From contig CM082592.2 in assembly GCA_040954595.2 (NCBI GenBank), forward strand, positions 2,669,462 through 2,733,461: a stretch of 64,000 nt of DNA, given 5' to 3'. The notes under the pieces were generated by a model. That model was not told the origin of the DNA, did not search any database, and worked only from the letters and a program-made list of their open reading frames with translations. This DNA comes from Balanoglossus misakiensis. Lineage: Eukaryota > Animalia > Hemichordata. A program made the translations under genes and the position numbers. Shown piece after piece: positions 35,245 to 48,500 of the stretch; position 1 is the first letter of the stretch; every line of letters begins with the position of its first letter.

Positions 35245-37773
35245 TATTCCCAGACAAGTAATCAGCTGTCAACAATGACATGATGCACATTCACTAAAAA
35301 AATAATAATAACAAACAAACAAATAAATAAATAAATAAATAACAAAACAGCTCTGCATTGATTCTTTATTCCATACAAACAAACAATTCATTTATTCCCC
35401 TGTTTGAAGCCTGTAGACATTGTTTAGTCATCTGATATGCTTCAAGGCAAGATTTTGAATAACCCCTTACATTTTAATACTCAACTTTGTTAAATTTAGT
35501 TGGATTTTATAATTAGAACTAGACAACCATTCACATCATACTGTGTAAATGTGAAGGGTGAAGTTTTGGTATGTGACTTAAAAATAGCTTCCATTTCTAG
35601 AAGGTAATAACAAGTCTGGCCAGCTGTTGAGTTGATTAGATCTTGCAATGTTTGGAATGGAGAGTTGGAAACACCAGACAACATTTCATTTCTCAGTAGA
35701 ACTTGAGCACACTTCCTGACATAAAATTTTTAGTGTCTTTGGGAAAGAAATGTTAAACATTTCCAGAATCCATTTGGCTTTTTTTAAAAGCATGATGTCA
35801 ACACTGTTTTTAATCAAAGCTGTAATTATTTTTTCCCCTGCTGTTTGGATACTAATAAATTGGACAGATCGAAAAATCACTCATTAATACATCCTTGCCA
35901 GATATTTGACATAACTACCAAATAAATCCATGGTCTGTTTCAATTCATATTTACGGTAGGAATAAAATTATTTAATGAAGTACCTGCTATCTATAAGATG
36001 AAGCGTCTGATTGGTTGAATACATCCCAATCAAATATTTTGGAGAATATTTGGCCAATCACACATACACTAACTGTTGCTAATGTTTTAAATTTGCCAAA
36101 TTTAAAGACACAATGCTGGTTGGTATTTCCTTTCATCATTTGTAATTTCTCCGTTATGATAATTGACGAGCAAAAAGTGTATGTCTTCTTACAATGATGA
36201 AATAGATGTCTGCTGCAGAGAATAGCTTAGGGGAATCCAACGTCGATAAAAGGAAAAACATCAAATGCAGCTGTTTACTAAATTCTTCTCAATCGCAGTG
36301 AATTCTCAATAGATCTTTACACATGTACATAGAAGCTCTTTCTCGATCTCTCACTATTTAAGATTTCTTTGCAAAAACTTTATATTAGACTTCCGTTATG
36401 TCAAAATATTTTTGAAAGATAAATACTTCCTCAGTTACCATTATCTCAACACTCTGTTATATTTATTCAAGGAAATGATAAACTCTGTTCTTCTTGAAAT
36501 GTTATTGATTTACTTATGACTTGTACATAAAATATTTAATATGAGAATAAAGAGGGTTTATCTTCAGAACTCTAGTTGGAAGAAAATTTTTGAATGTAAC
36601 AGGTCTCTACAGGCCGGAGCACAAATGGTGAATTACATGTACTTGTGTACAAGTTCATTCTCGTTTTACTTCTAAGATCTTTTCATCTTTGATTATCACA
36701 CAAATATTAAGGAACAAACTTCAAAATACTGAAGAGACCCCTTTAAGGAGTATTCCTGATTGCTATGGAAAGTAACCATCCAGCGTCATTTAAGCATCAA
36801 TGATCAAACAATTGCGTACGTTATGTACAAATATCAGATCAATTTCTGTTCATAATTTGTTTAAATGCAAATACAAACAATGTCAATTACGAAATACATC
36901 CTTCAAACCTGACCATCCATTCAACAAACTGTCGGTCTGTGTGATACCCAATCATTTCAGCCACACAAACACATTGTAGCACTACCAATTTTTCTCCATT
37001 ATTTTCACGCAGCACCCGTAGTGAGAGAGATTCTAAGCTAACACCGCATGATTGATAATGTGTCTATCAACTAATGGCAATCTTAACCTGTGACAGACTT
37101 GTAGTTATTTGATATTCTATGTGTACCGCAATCATTTCCAATGAACAACTGTCTTTGTTTTGCATGAATATCTTCAATATAATACGAACAGTTTACAATA
37201 GACTTCCCATCTCCTCATCGTATCATCCACTGATTTCGTGGACCTTAATTTTCTGATGGAAGCATCCACATTGATGACTTGTGACTCAATGATTTCAAAC
37301 CACTGTCCATACTTTGTAATTTGTCACTCTTTAATCCAAAGTCAGTCTTCACAACAATGTGCTTCATTAAGTCTAGACTTTTACATTCCAGGCAACAATG
37401 TTAGACACTGATTGCGGACCATGATTCCTGCTGGGTGATAATTCTCGGCCAATATTAAACCGGTGTTCCAGGCCCCGGCGTCTGCAAATATTTCCCCATC
37501 AACTATACACAACAAGTACAGGTCGCCCACTGTTATTCTTGCTCACAAAATACCAGGCATATTTATTCTTAGTCATTCACAGTTGTGACCAGCCGCAAAA
37601 TAATTTCGACTCCAAGTCTCACGTTTCATCCGTGAAAAGCGGCTGGTCTGTTGTATCCAGTAATAACTTTTATACACTTCATGAGCACATCAAAGAATGG
37701 TAAGAGATGCTCACAGCATGCCCACAAAGCATGAAAAATATACTCTTACAGTGTTTCCCCTCATTGTGCTTAC

Positions 37774-38104
37774 CTATTCTCATTGGAAAAATAGGAATAT
37801 AGATTTCATGGAAAGGAAATTTTAGGCAACTATTCTCACTAAAAAATGGAATATACATTTCACAGAAAGGAAATTTCAGACAACTATTCTCATTGAAAAA
37901 AATGGAAATATAGATTTCACAGAAAGGAAATTTCAGACAACTATTCTCATTGAAAAAAATGGAAATATAGATTTCACAGAAAGGAAATTTCAGACAACTA
38001 TTCTCATTGAAAAAAATGGAAATATAGATTTCACAGAAAGGAAATTTCAGACAACTATTTCTCCTTAAAACATGGAAATATAGATTTCATAGAAAAGAAA
38101 TTTC
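37774..38104. repeat. Minisatellite, ~57-bp unit, ~6 copies
   Basis: Unit CTATTCTCATTGAAAAAAATGGAAATATAGATTTCACAGAAAGGAAATTTCAGACAA; central copies identical (e.g. starts at 37941 and 37998), outer copies diverged. Confidence 0.95.
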
Positions 38105-38537
38105 ACGCAGCTTTGTCACAAATATGAGATTATGACGCACATAAATGTATATTGATAAATAAATTTTGCTATTAAAGCAATACGCTTTTAAGTTGGTCCA
38201 GCCTAGAAATATTTTTAAATCTCAAGAAATATTTTGTTTCTCATCGACAACAGATATACTTGTTTCAGAAATAATCTTTGTGAGGCGAAGGCTCTCATTA
38301 CAATCAAACTTTCTAAACTAGAACTCAAATGGACAGAATATTTTATAGTTTGCTGGAATCTGGTTTATAGAGGTGCTTTTAAAATGTGTCCTGTGTGAGG
38401 GAGGCTGACGAAGGTTTTCTGTATGGAACTTTTTCCAAACTGGGTTTAGTTTAGAAAGGTTTCACTACATGTGATGTGCTCTGATGTCATCACAACAGAA
38501 TTCAAAATGTCTTGCTGAAAGATTTATTTTGACTTAC

Positions 38538-38620
38538 CATTTTACTGTTGATGTCATGGAAGTGAATTTCACAAATTTTATCAACTACATCTTCACTCTC
38601 AAAGGTTACGAATCCGAATC
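38538..38620 (-). CDS. msi: Musashi RRM2 exon with RNP1 ((G)[27 protein letters not shown])
   Basis: CTTGCAG acceptor and ATG|GTAAGT donor; near-identical to vertebrate MSI1/2 RRM2 [28 protein letters not shown]. Missing from the supplied ORF track because it is too short. Confidence 0.96.
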
Positions 38621-39439
38621 CTGCAAGATAGAAGAAAGATCACAATTTACTATAAAATGTTAGATTTCAGTTTCGTTCTACCAGTCATGCAACAGGCAAA
38701 GGCTCCTCCATTCACAGGTTGAGGAAACTCATAGTCTGGTACTTATAGTCTGGTACCATGGTGGCAAATTTCAGATTATACAATAAAAGGTTGGACGATT
38801 TGAAATTATTTACTGGTAATAGTGATGTGGAGAACATTCCAATGAAACTGCAATTGCAAATCAAAGTTCAAAAGAAATTCGACAAGCAATTTTTTGAGAA
38901 ATAGACTTTTCAACCCGAAATAATACAAATTGCTGTTTCACCAAAAACAATCTCAATACCAATATCCCTAGGACCATGTAGACCAAATTTCATAACATTT
39001 CAAGCATCTGCTTTGTGAAAAAAATGTTTTTGAATCAAAGATGATACAGATTAAAATAGAGCAATGTCGTGTTTTTTCTCATAATTGGTTCCAAAATATC
39101 ATAATAAACACCCGTTGTATTGGACCCTGGAAACTAACTTTCAAGCTATTGAGCCAATTCAACAGACCATCCCTTGACATCATATAACCACCAAAAACTT
39201 TTGATCCCCCATAAATTGAGTCGATGACGATTACAGCCTCCTTCCAGATCTGAGTCCAAGTCAGATATGTTGTGTATCACATGTTGATACACTGTGACCC
39301 CGACGTGAACCCCGGATAACGGACATACTAAAAGGAATTGGATATTCTTTGATGGTGTCTCAGTATCCTCCAATATCTCATCATATACAAGATGCCACAG
39401 TGTAGACTGACCCAGATAGCTTTCGTGTAAACTTGAGCC

Positions 39440-39522
39440 TAGTCTAGTAATATCTGGCCATGTTTTCTTTGCTTTACTTAGTTTTGGAAGCAAAGAGACA
39501 ATATACAGCTAGATAATAGACT
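39440..39522. mobile_element. Diverged copy of the 20513-20608 palindromic MITE
   Basis: TAGTCTAGTAATATCTGGCC...TAGTTTTGGAAGCAAAGAGACAATATACAGCTAGATAATAGACT. Confidence 0.6.
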
Positions 39523-42500
39523 CCTACTAGACAGGACCAAAGAACAACTGAATGAAGTGCACCTACATGTACGTCTTCCCAAAACAGATTGCTTCAAACA
39601 AAATCACTGGCATTTTTGTTCACTGTATAAGACTAGAAACTAGCTAGTATTAGTATTACTCATAAACTGAGCAAAGATGGGGGGGGGGGGGGGGGGGGGT
39701 ATTACGTTTGGTCCACAGCTCAGCCAGGCCAATTCGATTCAACTTCAAGAAGTCAAACACTTCACAGCCATGCAGTCATTATTTGGACTTCACTCCCTCT
39801 ATGATCTTATTACACAGCTACTGGGGTTACCCCACTCGCAAAATATGAGGTCGCATTTCCCACGTCAGGTCATCACAAGCATCGACTGCAGCCATCACAA
39901 CTGCCTTTCTTGACTTATTTCATTATCAACAAGTGTCATCTCATGAAATCCTTATCTTCACTTGTAGTCTACACACGGTCAGCAAGATGCCAAACACAAT
40001 CTCTCTAAACTGTACATGTATATACACACACTGAAGTCAGTTTATGCCAATCACATCACTTAAACTGTTCATCTACACATATTGCCTGTACTTAACCTAC
40101 TTGTTTCATCCAAATCATTTACATCTTCTTCCAAAACAACAAAAAACCCGAGACTCACTTGCAATGACAGCAAAGGTTAGAGGCTACCGTAAGATGAATA
40201 TCCCTCATTTCTATCAGTTACAACATGTCATGGTTAAATGCTTAAATCATATTCACGTGCTTATCAATTCCAGTACACAGATCTGCTGTACAATAGATGG
40301 CTCTAGAACATTTGTAAGAAAGACCCGGGGATAAGAGTCAACTTGAATTATTTGACATCATCTCATCATCAAAATTACAGTTTAATATTCCCAGAAAAAA
40401 TCATTCATCAGGTGTAATCTAGCTTGTTCTGGGAATATTAAATTATAATCAGGCCCCAAAATAAAGATATTTCTGTTTAACTTTCGTTGAATTAACTCCA
40501 TGTGTTGAGGATTTTGGCACTTTAGTATGTCAACTCGCATTCTCCGAGTAAGTGGTGTGTTGTGGGTAGGATATTACACTTAGATTAATACACGTTTGAA
40601 GAACAGAAAATATGAAAAGTACCTGGCTGTCTTCAACATTTATATGTGCATGTGATTTCAGACACAGTGACGTGAACACTCACCAGATGCTGCACTTTTT
40701 TTGAGTTTGCTCTATTTCTGATCTTTCTGAATTAACGCAAACATCGCTTTCAATTAGACATCGATCAGAATTAATCTCTCCACCACTAGAAATTGCAATC
40801 ATTTTCGCAGTTTTGATTATTGGTACATCTGTTCCTCTTTGAACACAATGCCGATCTATTTGCTGAATCTCTGAACATCCTCTGTTTGCCGAATTTTTGA
40901 ACATATGTATCGTAACATTCAAAACAGACACCGACGTTAGATTTGGATTAAGAGATTCTTTTGAAATCAGCATCTGTTCTGAATGACAGCCTCCACTGAA
41001 CGTAATCATTTTTCTGCGTGGCCAACAATGTTATATCTGCAACACATCGCTTTTCCAAGACTCAGCGCAAATCGCCAACCTAGTTGCACTGCTATAACAT
41101 AGCATTGAGAGAAGACGGCATTAAAAGATGCAAAAATAATCAACGCTAGTGCATTTCGAAACAAAACAAGAAAAGCATTCTGCAGAAAATGAGTGATGGG
41201 GAAATGAGTCCCACTTCAAGTTTAGAAGTTTTTCTGAGGTTCATGCACTTCCCAAATGGCTGGTGGTGATATAAACTGTTCTGAGCACTTAAATGCAAAT
41301 GTGCAACCACAGAAAACTAGTTGTGCTGGATGACTGTCATCTACCATGTTTGAAATTCAGTAATGGGTGAGCAGATCACAAGTTGGTTGAAATTTGTTTC
41401 TCAATTCCCACAGAAATACTCAAAGAGTGAAACCAGTGAACCAAGAGGTATCAAATGTGTGAGTAAACCAGTTAGCGTTAGTTCTTGCACACTTTTTATG
41501 AGATATAATCATAGACAGTCTCGTTTCTCCTCTCCTTGTTATAACTAGAGGTGGAAATGTGAAGATCTTACTTCCAGTTCCAGGAATTTTGCAGTAATTA
41601 GATTCTCGTGAACATTTGTCACACCTGAAGGTGTTTAATCTTCCACTCTGAATCTGAGGGAGGTTTTGTCAGACTGGAATCCTGCGGAAAAAACCTCTAA
41701 TTTGAAAGAGAACTGTTGTTGCCACGACGAATGATGAGTCTCTGTGTGGGGGATGGCAGTGACATGCAAGAATTAAACCTCGGGGATGATGTCATGGAAT
41801 CTTCACACAGATCACACAATCTTGCAATATTTGACAGATGCTTGCATTATAGATTCAATCAAGTATTGATTTTCCAGTGTTCCAGACATGTAGGCAAGGA
41901 TACCTTCAAACTCCAATCAATATTTCATGCAGGACTTATGGATAAGCTGTCACACAACTGACTATTATTAATCCAAAAATAACAATGATTTAGCCTCTAC
42001 TGGTAAGTTTGGAGGCAGTATTAAAAAGATGGACACATAATTGGAATGTGTTTTGACTAGTTTTTCACCACTGCAATGAGATCTTCAAGTTATTGACCTT
42101 CAGCTGAGTTCATCATCAGCATCAAAGTGGTCAAGAAATCATTGTTTCTGTCAATTCCATTGATCTAGTACACAAACTAAATACACACTTCCACATAACT
42201 TGCAAATATAGAATAAACTCCATGACAAAGTATTAATATTCCTTACTACACAGCTAAACAGGACATTACGACACATACTGCCATAACCAGTATCTACGGG
42301 ATTTCAATCTTACAATATGGATGCCAATTCATTCCCATTTATTTACTTAGTCGCAAATGTTGTTCACTTTGATTTCATGGCAGACAGATCTTCGTACATC
42401 AAATTTTCATCATGTGATGATGTTATACATACAAACATCTGATAAAGAAAGGTCCAAGGATACACACAAAATACAGTCATGTATAGACAAGAGCTTGTCT

Positions 42501-45500
42501 CAGGCTCATCCAATACTCGACTCTAGAGTTTTTGTCCATACAAAGACTGTATTTTGTCAATAAGCGTATTTTGTTGAGTAACTTGAATAACTATGATAAA
42601 AATCTTTGGTTAACCACCACAGTGAATTGTGGGATATGTTCATTTCCTGTTCCTGCTACACCATGATAAAATTCCTTTCTACAAAGTCACTTGCTTCCTT
42701 TGATAATTCACATTTTGCGGTTATCTATGCAAATTTCTAGATGTCCGGGTCCCAGATAGTAGCCATCTCTATCAGATTCACTTTGTGAAAAGTTGAATAT
42801 TTCATCAACCGACTGCAGTGTATAACAGACATTATGGTTCACGAGATTTGCTGTGTGTTTTCACACTGAACTGTGTGTCTCTTGCTAATAATGAGCGACT
42901 TTTGGCTCCTGGTTAAACTTTAATGTATTAACAATATTGCCAATAAACACCTCATAAGACAAGTTGTTATTGTGATTTGTGATGGACAGCAGCGCTATTT
43001 TACTAATGAATTGCCTCCATCCAGGTGACTAACTTTCATGGTACAGTGTGTTCAATAAAGCTTTCTTCTGAATTCACAGATAAACCTGGCTCTCAGTTTC
43101 TCATTTCCAAATGTAGCCTTTTATCTGCAAGTTGTGCCTTAGGCCCTAATGACATCAATACTGAAGGATTGTTTCAAACAACACTTTTACAATAATAACA
43201 ATAATCCGAAATAAGTTGATACAATACCACATATTACTAAGTACTAAATCTCCACTTTGTGTGAAATTTTCATTGTACCTGGTATCAGAATTAGCTGTCA
43301 ACATTAAAAAATATTGTTAAATATTAAATCAGATTTCATACATTCTTATATAGAATGACTCTCTGATTGTGTTGTCTGATACATTTCAGCATGGGGTTGT
43401 GTTGACGTAATAAGTGGCCATTTTGTAAATGTTGATCTCACATGTAGTTCCCTGAATTTGTCAATTCAAAGAAAGATTTAAAGTTGAGTATTACAGCCAA
43501 AGTCATGTTTCTATCAAACTTTACACATTGATTCATTTGTTTGTTTGTGAATACAGTTGTAATAACAGAAGTGAATGTTACAAAGGCATTGAAACTGGAA
43601 AATAAGTTTCAAGACAGAATATCATATTAAGTATTTTAGTTTCTCCATGGGCAGAATAGACATTTTATATGCTAAGTACTCCTTCTAATAGCAAATGATT
43701 ACATTTCTATGGCTTCCCCTTAAGAAACGTAAACACACAAAACTGAGGCTATTTTTGATTGTTGCCACGGCAACATGTTTAAACCCTTGAGGAGAGATTG
43801 ATTTATACAATTTGCATAATGGCTCAATTGTGTACTTGAAAACCCTGATGTGTATAGGCCTTTCCATTAACACTCGGCAATATTCAACATTGCTTTGGAT
43901 ATCAGAAATACCATCAATATCACATGCAGTGGAATTGCTAACAGTTTCAGTAATTTATACACCACCAAAATATCGACCTAAGAGGCAGGACGAAAACCAT
44001 CCAGCCCTAGTTATTACAGACATCCATACATTAAAGGGACAAAATAATGGGCTTTCGATTTTGATGTTATTTTAGTTATTTTGAAATTCATGTAAGAGGT
44101 CAGTTATGTTTACATATTGAAATTTGCGAAATGTCATTTGTTAGTTCATCTACGTATAGGTGTAAATACCATGTGACACATGTGGTTTTGGGTACCATAA
44201 ATGATGTCTTACAAATATTTCCATCTTAAATTAATAAGAATAATGAGTTTCAACTTTAAATATTAAGATAAGGTTTCAGTAGTTGATGTATCCCCAAAAT
44301 GCTTCTAACAACAATAAAATGTTAGGAATTCATTTTTCAGCATTCAATATGAACCATTCAGTTAAAATCTCTCCTGTAAGAACTAACGGCACATTCCATT
44401 GATATGTAAATGAATTCAGGAGATTCTCAGTGAAACTGAAAGTGCAATTACTAATGATTTACAGAAATCTGTACAAAATATGGCAGAGGCACATGGGCAG
44501 ATTGGAAATGATGGATAAACCGTCAAGTTTCAGAGTTGATGTGTAACATCAGATGATCCATCAATAATGTATGTTATGATTTGGTAAACCGATATGATTC
44601 CTTCAATCAATCAGCGCGCCGCTGTGGTGTAGAATTTGTCAGTGGTTTCCTTAAAGCACTATATTTTGATTTGATTTGCATTCAATTTACTCTTGCACAA
44701 GTTCGACTGGGAAATCACAATGGAGGATGTGTTACATCAAATGTAGCCACGGGCACACGGCAGTAAATGGAAAAGACTGTTTTCCGTCTCTTCCTTCATG
44801 CCGTTCGAGTGGTCAGGAAAAAATCGCAATTCAGTTTGAAATTTGCATCTTCCTGAAGTGGATGCTGCTCGCATTTAATGTGAGATGATTCTTTTTGACT
44901 TGTGGCAGTGTTAACAAGTTTGAAGATTGGGGACTCGACAGTTTGCCACAAAACGCTTCGAACCACTTTTGGGGTTTAATTAGCCGAAGCACGATTCAAG
45001 CCCCTTTTACGCACATCCGCGTTCACCCATTTGGTGCCATTTCACATTGTGGTGACCACTTACTGAACACAAGGCAATCTCGGGGTCTAGAGGCTGTTAC
45101 ACACCTTGCCAATTCAATTTTCTACTCTTTCTTTCACAGAATACCAGATGGCAACCAACTCTCAACAAAAGGCAAATTTATTATCATATTCTCACTTGAA
45201 GTCCATCTGCCGTTATCTCATGACAGTTCAGGATTTGATTTAGATAAGCCATTAGGCCTCGACACACAAAAAGTCACTCAAGTATCAGAATTCAAACACG
45301 CTGTTTGTCAAAAGGCATCCAAAAACATATTTCAGAGGCAACAGAATCCATCAAACATCACGTCTACCAAAGTAACAAATAGAAGGCATTATTAAAGTGC
45401 TTCACAGTTTCATTTTGTCTCGTATAGTTCACTCCATTATTCTCACCAGACATCTCTTTTTTTGTTAATTGTGAACAAGACAAGGTTCATTGCAGTTTTA

Positions 45501-48500
45501 TTTCCACCTGGTCTTGCATGACTTCATGTTCAGTATCGGAAATTGATATTTTTGCCGGAAAAAAGAGGGTCCCGCAAAAGAAATGGAGGCAAATTCTGAG
45601 TGAAAACTGTACATTCCTCAGTGACATAATATGTGGCTTGACTGAGATAGCCTTTCAACAGTAGAGAAAATCATTAACAAGCACACTCACACTCTTTATG
45701 GTAGCAGCACTTTAGATGAGGCCCTCTATGGACAGAATTCATAAACAAAATTCTCATACAAAAGTGATCCTTTTTTTCATGGAACGATACCACACACTGC
45801 ATTTTTATGCATTTTGTTGTACATTGGCGGTTCTTTCAGTAACTGTAAGATTGAAAGGAACCATCTCTGAGGGTAACAATGAAACGACTTTGATGAATCT
45901 GCCAGCATATATGCATACACGTCACACAAATGATCAATTTTCTTTCAACACACACACCATCTTGATATCTTTCCATGAATCGTCATTTTGCATCGCTGAA
46001 AATATCGCCCATTCTTGAATTGAATAAGTTTTGCATTGAGTGCCTGTGCAAAGAGACGTCCATGATTAGAATACCTGCGCCGTGCCTTAAGGGAGGAATT
46101 ATTCAGAGTAATTGTGTGGAAAACTGCCTTGCCTATCACAGACGCAGGCCCAGTTCCTACTAGAATTTCTAATTTAGCCAATCTGGAAAACGGAAACAGA
46201 GGTGATGACGGTCAACAGCTTCTCAAAATACAGCCCTGCAACTAGTTTTGCATTTTTAAGCAGAGTAATATTGGAATGTAATGTCGGTCCAATTGGGACC
46301 TATATGAGACGCTAAGCACAAGCAATGATAGGAAAATAGTGACAAATTGCCGACAATTACCAGAGGTGACAGAGACTAAGTGAAAGTGCATGGTATTGTA
46401 ATCAAATGTCCACTGATACAGCTAAGACTCGCTGCTTCACCATTCTACTGTCAATTCCCGATCACCTATACATTGTTTCCATCTTTCCCTACAACAGCTG
46501 AATACTAATGGGACCGCTTGTATAAAGCGACGGACAAAACCCAGCATGCATGGATGGATGGATGGATGGATGGAAAGAGAGAGATAAATGGGAACAACAT
46601 CCCAGCAGTCCACATGTGATACACACTAAACGCCAACGCTGACCTCTCTCATTGCATCCATATGAAACATTCCAGAAGCCAATTTCTCAGTGGCGTGGCA
46701 AAAAAACAGTTTCCACAAATCTCACTTTTCTCAAAGTTTGATGCTACTTGGATATCTTATTGTACACAAATCCAATGCCAGCTAACATTATTGGCAACAA
46801 ATCTTGACATAAAAAAACTAAAAATTAATTTAAAATGCACAACGACAAATAAAAAGAGTCGTATATTTTCAAGTGGTATCATAGAAACTGCTAAAAAATA
46901 TCAGCCCTGGTACTTAACTTTAATGGCGTGCACACATTATGAATTACCATCAAGTTCATATTATGGAATGACAAAATGAACACTTTCATGTGCAGATTAT
47001 AAAATTCAACACATCGCTTGTTTTTTATAGACACTTACTCTAGTAACTTGCTGGTGTATTTTGGAACATCCTCTGGGCAGAATATTTGCAAATATGTCAT
47101 TACTTATTTACAATAACAATCAGTGTCCTTGTTTCCAATGATGTAGTGGTAACCACCGTTCAAACCAATTATATATTTTCTATGACTTGTCAATCATGCA
47201 TCTCTCCATTTCAGTAAAGGGCAAACTGCAAAAATCTCTCGAATCAAAACTTTCAAATAACTCTGTCTCCATCTCCTCAAAGATGCAGGCATTATATCAT
47301 TTTGGCTCGATAAACCATTTTCTGTAGTTTATGAAAATACTGAAGGGGTAATATTCCCTGTCATGGACATTTCTCCGGTGTAATCTGACAAGATACATCG
47401 GTGAATACAAATACTGTTTTTTTGTTGTTGTACTGTGTAGGTCTCTCTTTGAATTCCCATCGATGTTCTGAAGTAACTGATATTTATGTTTTTTCAGACT
47501 TTGCATACAAATGTGGCTCCATTTCCATCTACCTTTCATTGATCAATTTCTCTCAGGCACACAGGAAAACATGAAGAAAGTCACACTCCATACACCTTCC
47601 AGAAATTCAAAATTGATGAAAGTCACCCTAACTAACAACCAGGCCCACACATCTCTCTCCATTGTAATATATCCAGGCTAACTCAGTCGACGTGTTCCAG
47701 CATTCTGTGCCGTGGATAATTTCATTCATCATGCTATAGATATGCCTTGGTGAAGCGCTTTCCCACAAATCATGCCGCTTTCCACTAATACCACATAAGA
47801 TGCTATTCCTTTAGTATTCCCATATTTCTTGTTTTACCGGATACCTCCACCCATGCTAAGTAGTATGGCCTAGCCATAAACCATCATAACAACCTAATCA
47901 CACGAACGTTTGTAAAACATTAATATATTACACATGCTTTGATGTATAATGCATGCGCTTGCACTCATTACCCACACTGCCTGTAACACGGGTCCTTCAT
48001 CATGTAACACACAAGTGTCTCTCTAATATTTCTCCTAAATCTGGCTCTGTCGTTAATGAAAAATAATGCAATATTTTCGTGCTCTGCTGAACTTCTGTTT
48101 GGGTTATTCTGAGCAGATTAGTCATTGCAATGAAACATGTACGGCCCACAAAAGGATTATGGATGATATAATGGCACGGTGCAAATTTCCTCTAATACTG
48201 TCCAAATGCCTTCTCTGTGGCTAATACTTTTCAGGTGTTAAAACCCGGCGCAGTGTGTACGGCCAGTCTAGTGTAAGAAACAGGTCTCCTCATGAATTCG
48301 AGATGACAAGCTGAACACAAAAATCTGCAGCTACAAAGACAGATTAACACACTTAAAGTAGAGTCTTTCCAATTTCCATGTACATTACCTTATGTTGCCA
48401 ATTATTCCACCAAATAAATCATGTGAAAGGAAAAACTCGAAGACATTTCTGATTGGTTCCAGTGGCATATAAATTTCACATTTTTTTTTTTTACAATGCA

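Noticed and set aside
37774-38104. Regular repeat array that could be mistaken for CRISPR
   Set aside because: Head-to-tail 57-bp units with no unique spacers, eukaryotic intron context, no cas genes.
39146-39493. ORF with SYLGQSTLWHLVYDEIL, faintly like the LINE reverse transcriptase motif GSVLGP.LWN..YD
   Set aside because: No downstream (Y/F)ADD motif, the ORF start lies in a MITE, and the match is too short to support.
44895-45395. Longest ORF in the track (166 aa, plus strand)
   Set aside because: Non-ATG start, no recognisable domain and no convincing splice context; likely a chance ORF.
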